Positions 18,947 to 26,700 of a stretch of 64,000 bases of DNA are shown here, piece after piece (the stretch's first letter is position 1; each line of letters opens with the position of its first letter). The translations under genes were made by a program, and so were the position numbers. The notes below the pieces were generated by a model. That model searched no databases, was not told the origin of the DNA, and was given only the letters and a program-made list of their open reading frames with translations. The stretch lies in assembly GCA_944376845.1 (NCBI GenBank), contig CALWDZ010000003.1:59758-123757 (forward strand). The letters run 5' to 3'. Origin of the DNA: an uncultured Clostridia bacterium (GTDB lineage: Bacteria; Bacillota; Clostridia; Christensenellales; UBA1242).

Positions 18947-19864
18947 ATGAAAGAGAAGTTTAAAAAATTATTTGATAGCATATTACATCCAAAGGTTTGG
19001 GTTTATATTTTATTTATTGTTTTAACTATCATTGTATGCATAACTACCATACTTTTAACTATAAATGTGGAAGCAAATGTTTTGTCTTATATTTTATATG
19101 TTTTAAGTTTTTTGATATTAGCCTATACAGTTTATATGTCATTTTATTTTTATCCTAAAATAAAAAAGTATTTTATAGAACGCGCTATGAAATATAAATT
19201 TACTAGAAAATATTTGACCGATTTCACTTATAGATCTTTAGTATCTGCCTGCATATCATTTATTATCAATGTTACTTACGCTATATCTCAAGGTGTTTTG
19301 GCAATCTTAGCACATTCAATTTGGTATGCGTCACTTTCTACATATTATTTGGCACTTTGCCTAATAAGAGGCGGTATTGTATTTAACCATTTAAAAAGAA
19401 GAAAAGTTGAAGATGAAAAACAGTATGAATTAAAACAAGTAATTTCGTACAGAAATTGTGGAATTTATTTGAATATATTAACAGTTGCACTTTCTGCATC
19501 AATAATTCAAATGGTTGTTATAAATCAAGGATATAAATACGCTGGAATTATGATATATGTAATGGCGGCATATGTTTTTTATAAATTTTATATTGCCATT
19601 AAAAATATATTTTGTGCAAGAAAAAGTAAAGATTACACAACGCAATCTATAAGAGATTTAAACCTTGCCGATGCTTTAATGTCTATGTTTGCACTTCAAA
19701 CTGCTATGTTCCAAGCATTTGGTGATGGGTTTGACCCTTATGCATTCAATTCTGCAACAGGAACAGTTGTTACACTTTCAATCATTGCTATTAGTCTTGT
19801 AATGATAATTGGCGGAACAAGAAAAATAAGAAAATTAAAAAGTGAAAAATCAGTAAAAAATTAG
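18947..19864 (+). CDS. polytopic membrane protein, unknown function
   Basis: 305-aa ORF with about 6 hydrophobic helices. Confidence 0.45.
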   Translation: MKEKFKKLFDSILHPKVWVYILFIVLTIIVCITTILLTINVEANVLSYILYVLSFLILAYTVYMSFYFYPKIKKYFIERAMKYKFTRKYLTDFTYRSLVSACISFIINVTYAISQGVLAILAHSIWYASLSTYYLALCLIRGGIVFNHLKRRKVEDEKQYELKQVISYRNCGIYLNILTVALSASIIQMVVINQGYKYAGIMIYVMAAYVFYKFYIAIKNIFCARKSKDYTTQSIRDLNLADALMSMFALQTAMFQAFGDGFDPYAFNSATGTVVTLSIIAISLVMIIGGTRKIRKLKSEKSVKN

Positions 19865-19932
19865 TTTATTACTAAATTATTGCACGCCGCACAACTCATT
19901 CCAGTAATATCATATTTCTGCATACATACTCC

Positions 19933-20757
19933 TTAATTTTTAAGTTGTTCCCAAGATTTTATATGGTGAATAGAAATACCGTAGTTGTTTGGTAAACTTT
20001 CACAAACAATTTGCAATTGTTCATTCATATATGTTTTACCTTCTTCGTAGTATGAAACAATGTCTGTTTCATCGCTTTTTGCAGTTTCTGCACCTAAAAT
20101 TACTATTTTATTTATGTTTTTGGCATATTCTAGTTCTTCTTTTGATACTTCAAGCATTGCATTAGCGCTATCTCTATAACTCATTAAAAATGTCCTGTTT
20201 GCAATATCAATCATATGTGCATATGCGGGTTTTGTCGCACCATTAAAAGTAATTTCATCGTCAAACCAAAAGGGAATGTCATAATCAAACTTGATTTCAG
20301 GAAAAGTTTCCTTTAAGTAATATGCTAAATCAATCAGTGAATATATATACTGTGTTCTGTTGTCTTCAAAATCATCAAATTGGTGTGGTTCAACATCCAT
20401 ATGAATTCCGCTATAAAGGTAGTTATCAGAATAGTTGACGAATTGTTCAACTGTTTTCTTTGCTAAGTCAAAATCTAAAAGCCATTGTTTATCTCCGACA
20501 AGCCAATATACATCAATATTATTGTCTACCATATTTTGAACCATGTAGGTATTTTCAAAATCACTGTCACAAAAATATATTTCGTTTACATCGTTGTCTA
20601 TTGCAAAGTCAAGGTAAGTTTTGTCTAAACTATAGTCCCACCACCAAACTCCTTTTACAAATTTTGGTTGGTTTGAAAAGTTGCATCCGAAAAATACTGT
20701 ACAACAAAATATTAGTATGTAAAAAAGACATAACTTTTTCATAATTTTATTATACAT
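19933..20757 (-). CDS. putative lipoprotein, glycoside-hydrolase-like fold
   Basis: Signal peptide with lipobox-like FFGC. IHMDVEPHQ-type motif. Function not assignable. Confidence 0.45.
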   Translation of the reverse strand: MYNKIMKKLCLFYILIFCCTVFFGCNFSNQPKFVKGVWWWDYSLDKTYLDFAIDNDVNEIYFCDSDFENTYMVQNMVDNNIDVYWLVGDKQWLLDFDLAKKTVEQFVNYSDNYLYSGIHMDVEPHQFDDFEDNRTQYIYSLIDLAYYLKETFPEIKFDYDIPFWFDDEITFNGATKPAYAHMIDIANRTFLMSYRDSANAMLEVSKEELEYAKNINKIVILGAETAKSDETDIVSYYEEGKTYMNEQLQIVCESLPNNYGISIHHIKSWEQLKN

Positions 20758-20838
20758 TATACTATCGTTTTTTCAAATTTTTTGTTTGACAATTTTTGCA
20801 TTTTTTTGGTAGTGTAAATAATGTAAAAGGAGAAAAAT

Positions 20839-21510
20839 ATGGAACAAATGCAGACACAAATGCCACTTATTGGCGATCCTGCGCCAGCATTTAAGGCAAA
20901 TACAACACAAGGGGAAATCAATTTCCCAGTAGACTATAAAGGTAAATGGGTGATATTATTTTCACATCCAGCAGATTTTACTCCAGTTTGCACAACTGAG
21001 TTTATGACATTCGCTTCTATGATGGACGAGTTTAAAGCACTCAATACCGAACTTGTTGGACTAAGCGTAGATTCAATTTATTCGCATATCGCTTGGCTCA
21101 GAAAAATTCAGGAACTTGAATGGAAGGATAAAAAACATATAGAAGTCAAATTTCCTTTAATCGAAGATATAAAAATGGAAATTGCAACAAAATATGGTAT
21201 GATTCAGCCAAATCAATCAACAACACAAGCGGTGAGAGCAGTGTTCATAATTGACCCAAAAGGAATAATTAGAACAATACTTTATTATCCAATTTCTACA
21301 GGAAGAAATTTTGATGAAATAAAGCGTATAATTCTTGCTCTTCAAAAAGCAGATAAAGATGCAGTTGCAACTCCAGCAGATTGGAGACCGGGTGACGATG
21401 TCATCGTTCCAACGGCAGGTTCTTGCGGTGTTGCAAAGGCAAGGGTAGAGGCAAATGACCCAAATATGTATTGCCTTGATTGGTTCTTATGCTTCAAACG
21501 TGAAAAATAA
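20839..21510 (+). CDS. peroxiredoxin (Prx6/archaeal-type subfamily)
   Basis: FSHPADFTPVCTTEF peroxidatic Cys motif. C-terminal CLDWFLC. Confidence 0.85.
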   Translation: MEQMQTQMPLIGDPAPAFKANTTQGEINFPVDYKGKWVILFSHPADFTPVCTTEFMTFASMMDEFKALNTELVGLSVDSIYSHIAWLRKIQELEWKDKKHIEVKFPLIEDIKMEIATKYGMIQPNQSTTQAVRAVFIIDPKGIIRTILYYPISTGRNFDEIKRIILALQKADKDAVATPADWRPGDDVIVPTAGSCGVAKARVEANDPNMYCLDWFLCFKREK

Positions 21511-21598
21511 CAAAAAAGTCGCCAAAGTGCGACTTTTTTATCTTATTATAAAATTTTTGTTGCAAAATGAAAGTGAATGTATTATACTACTTAAGTTT

Positions 21599-21674
21599 GG
21601 ATCGCTAGCTCAGTTGGTAGAGCATCTGACTCTTAATCAGGGGGTCCAGGGTTCGAACCCCTGGCGATCCACCA
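21599..21674 (+). tRNA. tRNA-Lys (anticodon CTT), CCA encoded
   Basis: Manual cloverleaf: acceptor GGATCGC/GCGATCC, anticodon stem TCTGA/TCAGG with loop CTCTTAA, T arm CAGGG-TTCGAAC-CCCTG. Confidence 0.9.
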
Positions 21675-21680
21675 CAACGT

Positions 21681-21709
21681 AAATGGAGAAGTTTACTCCA
21701 TTTTTTTTG
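21681..21709 (+). terminator. intrinsic terminator after tRNA-Lys
   Basis: ATGGAG-AAGTTTA-CTCCAT followed by T8. Confidence 0.7.
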
Positions 21710-21717
21710 TTTTGCAA

Positions 21718-21742
21718 CTGATTAAGAGTCAGGACTCTTAAT
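21718..21742 (+). other. hairpin built from an exact reverse complement (15 nt) plus a direct copy (10 nt) of the tRNA-Lys anticodon arm
   Basis: CTGATTAAGAGTCAG is the reverse complement of 21626-21640. It is followed by GACTCTTAAT. Confidence 0.8.
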
Positions 21743-21762
21743 ATTCGAAGAATATAACATCG

Positions 21763-21844
21763 TTTCGTGGTCACAAACTCGCAAGCGGTTTGCTCCCTCT
21801 CAACTCGTTATCAGTGGGTCCGGGGTTCGAGCCCCGCGAGAAAT
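21763..21844 (+). other. tRNA-like fragment (T arm CGGGG-TTCGAGC-CCCCG with partial acceptor pairing, no canonical cloverleaf)
   Basis: T arm at 21821-21837. TTTCGTG/CGAGAAA can pair at 6 of 7 positions. The D and anticodon arms do not fold canonically. Confidence 0.4.
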
Positions 21845-21925
21845 CTCATATATGTCTCACTCTGTTCGACAAGGCACAAGACTGTTTCACAAGGCATAGT
21901 AGTAGGCGTACAAGACACAAAATGT

Positions 21926-21962
21926 GTCATTCTGAGGCACCGTCAGGTGCCGTGAGAATCTC
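21926..21962 (+). repeat. S-module repeat GTCATTCTGAG-(GCACCGTCAGGTGCC)-GTGAGAATCTC
   Basis: Conserved clamp words with a hairpin insert. Confidence 0.8.
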
Positions 21963-22011
21963 GTTCATTTAGTTAGAAAATTTTAATAATTATTTGTACT
22001 GATTTTTAAAA

Positions 22012-22905
22012 ATGTGTATAATGAAAATTATGGATAATATCAATAATAATTTTAGAAAAAAATTTAATGAAATAATAAAAAATAATAATTTTTCCGAAAT
22101 TGGCGAGCATAATTCGGTAATAAAAAGAATTAAAAATATAATTTCAAACACAAAGCCAAATAAAGAAAAATTTTTTGTTGCAGACGGAATTTGGGCGCAA
22201 AACCGTATTCTTGAAACAAATACAAATATTGATGCACTTATTATTTGTCCTGAATGTGTTTACACCAATGAAGCGGTTATGATTATTGAAAAACTGATGC
22301 AAAAAACCACAAATCGCTACATAGTTTCAAAAAAGACATATGAAAAAATTGCAGAAAGAGATAAACCAGACGGGCTTATGAGCATTGCTAAACTGCCTAT
22401 GCCTGAAATAGCAAAATTTAAACCACATAAAAAAAGTATTATTTTGGTACTAGATGGCATTGAAATACCGGGCAATATTGGCACAATGCTTCGTGCTTGT
22501 GATGGTGCTGGCGTTGAAGCGGTGTTTATATGTAATCGTCGTGCAAGACTAACACATCCAAAACTCATAAAAGGCAGTATGGGTGCAGTTCTAACTATTC
22601 CAATGTATGAATTTGAAGATGTCGCATCGTGTTACAAATTTTTAGAAGATAACAATTACACGATATTTTTGGCTGATACTCGTGCAAAAAACACTTATTT
22701 TACTCAAAAATATCCGTCTCACACTGCCTTTGTTATGGGCAATGAACGTCATGGCATATCACGTGAATGGTATACTTATCCAGTTGAAATGATTTCAATA
22801 CCAATGCTTGGGAAATGCGACTCATTAAATGTCGGAGTATCTGCCACAATACTTATATATGATGCTTCAATGAAACTTAGGTCATCGGTCATCAAAGTAA
22901 TCTAA
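22012..22905 (+). CDS. TrmH/SpoU family RNA 2'-O-methyltransferase
   Basis: LVLDGIEIPGNIGTMLRACDGAGV, FVMGNERHGIS and SLNVGVSATILIYD are SPOUT motifs 1-3. Start codon uncertain. Confidence 0.8.
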   Translation: MCIMKIMDNINNNFRKKFNEIIKNNNFSEIGEHNSVIKRIKNIISNTKPNKEKFFVADGIWAQNRILETNTNIDALIICPECVYTNEAVMIIEKLMQKTTNRYIVSKKTYEKIAERDKPDGLMSIAKLPMPEIAKFKPHKKSIILVLDGIEIPGNIGTMLRACDGAGVEAVFICNRRARLTHPKLIKGSMGAVLTIPMYEFEDVASCYKFLEDNNYTIFLADTRAKNTYFTQKYPSHTAFVMGNERHGISREWYTYPVEMISIPMLGKCDSLNVGVSATILIYDASMKLRSSVIKVI

Positions 22906-23047
22906 GCGTAATATTTTTTATTTTTTACACCACCATATAATGTATAATAAAGATTATATGCCACAAAAACTTTATAAAATTACTTGCCAAGTATATTTTA
23001 TGTGAGTTATAATAAACGCGAAAAGGTGTAATTAAGCGAGGTGAAAT

Positions 23048-23644
23048 GTGAGTAAACTTACAAGATACATAGTGCTGGGCATCGCCGTTTGTATGCTACT
23101 TGCAGTTGGCATATATGGCGTGTATAGTGCCACACGAGTTGAGTATACATTAAGCGGTTCAATTTCATATGACGCTGGTGAATTTGAAGCGACCTTTAAA
23201 TTCACTCATATTTCCGGCGCAGAAAATGCCAATGAAGAGCCTTTGTCAAAAGGCGTCTCTTTGCTTGATAATGGTTCTGCTGCGGTTAGCAGTGCGGGAA
23301 GTTTAACATTAAACCAAACCTTGTATTTTACAAATTCTTTACCAGATAAAGTGAATGACATAATAATTGCACTTAATGTCACACATCAAATGCCATATAG
23401 TGTGCGTGTGACGGTATCTCCAGGTACAGCATTTTCATCGGGAGGTTCATATAGCGGACTTGTCACCTGTCAAGCCAGCACAAATCAATCTTCTTGGGGA
23501 AATGACGTTTCAATTGTTGTTGCCGGAAACCAGACAGAAGGCACAACAATTTACATAAAATTTTCTAGCACAATAGAGAACCTGCAAAACTTACCTGCAA
23601 CTAACACAGGTTCACTTGTAAATGTGTTGCTTGAAAGCGTTTAA
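23048..23644 (+). CDS. small secreted/anchored protein sharing the N-terminal anchor and first domain with the 4733 and 23738 gene products
   Basis: GTG start after GAGGTGA. N-terminus LLAVGIYGVYSATRVEYTLSGSISY aligns with VLCFGVYSALSVSYSISGSVSY of the LRR protein. Confidence 0.6.
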   Translation: MSKLTRYIVLGIAVCMLLAVGIYGVYSATRVEYTLSGSISYDAGEFEATFKFTHISGAENANEEPLSKGVSLLDNGSAAVSSAGSLTLNQTLYFTNSLPDKVNDIIIALNVTHQMPYSVRVTVSPGTAFSSGGSYSGLVTCQASTNQSSWGNDVSIVVAGNQTEGTTIYIKFSSTIENLQNLPATNTGSLVNVLLESV

Positions 23645-23694
23645 AAAAAACACCTGCAAAAAACACCTGCAAACAAAATTGTCTTAACACCTGC
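23580..23694 (+). promoter_or_regulatory. cluster of five same-strand ACCTGC(AA) words across the 23048-gene 3' end and the intergenic region
   Basis: ACCTGC at 23580, 23593, 23652, 23665 and 23689. The 13-nt spacing occurs twice. Confidence 0.35.
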
Positions 23695-23737
23695 TTAATT
23701 TTTTAACTTAAATAAAGTTAATGGGAGAACTGGGAGA

Positions 23738-26700
23738 ATGAAATCTTTAAAAACTAAGATAGCCACCGTATTTAGTTTTATATGCCTAGCACTGTCAATG
23801 GCAGTGTTTGGCGTTTTTTCTGCAATCAATATACAAAATAATACCAATGGTCAACTTGGCTACATAGATAAAACTTGCTACATACAAAATTCGTCTGGAA
23901 GTAAAACATTTTACTCCACAATAGAAAAGGCTTATGCTAGTGCCACCGATGGTGACGCTATTTGTGTTTTTGAGGATATATCACTTTCAGCGGACTTTTC
24001 GGTTGAAAAAAACATATCACTTATGGCGGTTTCTTCAGATGTTACACTAAATCTTTCAGGATACAACATTGTTATTGGTAGTGGCAACACACTCACTTTG
24101 GGTGGTGGCTTAAATACATTAACACTTTCTTCAAGTTCAAATAGTACAATACAAAATGAAGGCACATTAAATGTCTATGGTGGAATTATTTCAAGTGCGG
24201 AAATTACCAATATGGGCGAATTGACATTTTTTGGCGGACAAGTAGATACCATAGCAAATACAGGACTTGTCACACTTTCGCAGTCTGCACAAATCAATAC
24301 AATACAAACAACACAACAAACCGCAGGAGAAACCGATGCGGGAATTTTTGTTTCTTCAAACTTTGTAGCAACTTCACCAATACAACTTATTATAAGTGGC
24401 GGAACACCTACACCGGGTCAACAAGTTGCATATTTTCAAGAGTTGGCAGATGCACAAAATTTTGCGGACTATTTCACCTTGACGAACTCTGGATATTTCT
24501 TGCACACTTCGGGCAATTCACTTTTAATAGGTCAATACATCACACCACCAACAGTAAGTGGACAATCTACTTTCATGTATGATGGTACTTTAAAGACATT
24601 GCGATTTAGTGGTTTAACATCATTAATGAGTGTTTCGGGCGACACACAGACTAATGCTGGAGATTACACCGCAACGGTATCACTTACCGATAAAACTAAT
24701 TATCGTTGGTCAGATACAAGAGATAGTGTTGATAAAGAATTCCGTTGGAGCATTGACCCTGCACAACTTGAATATCCAACAGTTGAACAAGATGAATTTA
24801 CATATAACACTCAATCACATTCACTTGTATTTAGTGGATTAAATAAGGATTTAATGGAGGTTAGTGGAACAACATCTGCAACAAATGTTGGAACATATGC
24901 AGCACGTGTAAGTCTTAAAGATAAGGTAAATTACACATGGGTAGATGGTGAAACTGGTGATGTAACATATCCATGGACAATAAACAAACGTCAATTAACT
25001 ATTCCAACCGCTAATCCAGCAAGTTATACATACACAGGGTCTGTTATAACTGCAACTTATACAAACCCAGATTCCGAGAATATAACACTTGGCGGGGATT
25101 TGACTGCGACAGTGGTTGGCAGTTACACCGCAACGGCGACAATAAAAGACACTGCAAACAATGAATGGACAGATGGAACAACATTAGTTAAAAATATTGA
25201 ATGGTCAATCACAAAAGCCGATCTTTTGGCACCAGATGGGCTCATATGGATACCATCTGAAGATAAATCGTCAGCAACGGCAAGATGGAATGCTGTGTCA
25301 GGTGGACAGTCATACACAGTTACAGTACTTGTCAATGGTTTACCAAGCGATCTTACAAAGACTATAAATTCAACAGAAGTTAACTTCACATCAACTGAAC
25401 TTAATGCGCTAGACAACGGCACATATACCTTCCGCGTTCAAGCAATTGGCAATTCTAACTACAACGATAGTCCTACAGCAACCTCGGGCAACTTGTATAG
25501 ACTTGTCTACATGACAAACGATGGTACAAGTACAGTCCATGCAAGACAGTACTATACACAAGGACAAAGCATATCAGCACCTAGTAAACCATCACGCACA
25601 GGCTACAACTTTATCGGTTGGGCAACTACAAACACGGCAACATCAGATAACTTGCCATCAACCGCCACAGAATCAGATACATACTATGCAGTATGGAGAG
25701 CAATTTCATATAATATATCCATTAACAACGCAAGTGGCACTGGTGGTTCTGTAGCACCTTCAACCTATACTACATCTGCAAAAGATCAGAGAATAACAAT
25801 AACAGAGCCAACACGTGTGGGCTACACATTTAACGGTTGGGCAATTAAAGTTGACGGTTCATATAGTGGAAAAGAACCAACAGTAAGCGGAACAACACTC
25901 ACAATACCAGCAAATTGCTATGGTAACATTACTCTTACTGCAACTTGGACAGCAAGACAATATAATATTACTTTAAATCAAAACAGTGGCACTGGTGGTA
26001 CTATCAATACAGCAACATATAATACCTCAACCTCAAGTCAGACAAGAACATTAACAAACCCAACAAGAGCAGGTTATGAATTTGCTGGTTGGGCAATTAA
26101 AGTTGACGGTTCATATAGTGGAAAAGAACCAACAGTAAGCGGAACAACACTCACAATACCAGCAAATTGCTATGGTAACATTACTCTTACTGCAACTTGG
26201 ACAGCAAGACAATATAATATTACTTTAAATCAAAACAGTGGTACTGGTGGTTCTATCAACACAGCAACATATAATACCTCAACCTCAAGTCAGACAAGAA
26301 CATTAACAAACCCAACAAGAGCAGGTTATAGATTTGCTGGTTGGGCAATTAAAGTTGACGGTTCATATAGTGGAGAAGCACCAACAGTAAGCGGAACAAC
26401 ACTTACAATACCAGCAAATTGCTATGGTAATATTACCCTTACTGCAAATTGGACATTGGCTATTTACACCATTACATTTGAAAGAAATAGTGGTACATGG
26501 GCAAGTGGTTACCCTGTACCAAAATCCTACAATATAAATTCAGGTGAAATCACATTACCAACAGCAGACAATATCTATCGTACAAACGATATCTTCTCAG
26601 GTTGGTATACTTCATCCACCTTCTCAGGAGATCCTGTAACAAGCATTCCAGCAGGTTCAACCGGTAACAAAACCTATTATGCACAATGGACAGAGGCTGC

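Noticed and set aside
21767-21972. ORFs 21767-21955 and 21790-21972. Also similar ORFs inside the repeat blocks (30475-30657 minus, 30589-30777, 30735-30944, 30866-31075 minus, 11180-11431, 11266-11517 minus).
   Set aside because: They lie entirely in GC-rich repeat or tRNA sequence, lack RBSs, and have low-complexity products typical of repeat read-through.
22906-23047. Second inverton upstream of the 23048/23738 surface-protein operon.
   Set aside because: Only an 8-bp inverted repeat (CATATAAT/ATTATATG) with an 11-nt spacer is present. No long repeats flank a promoter-sized segment.
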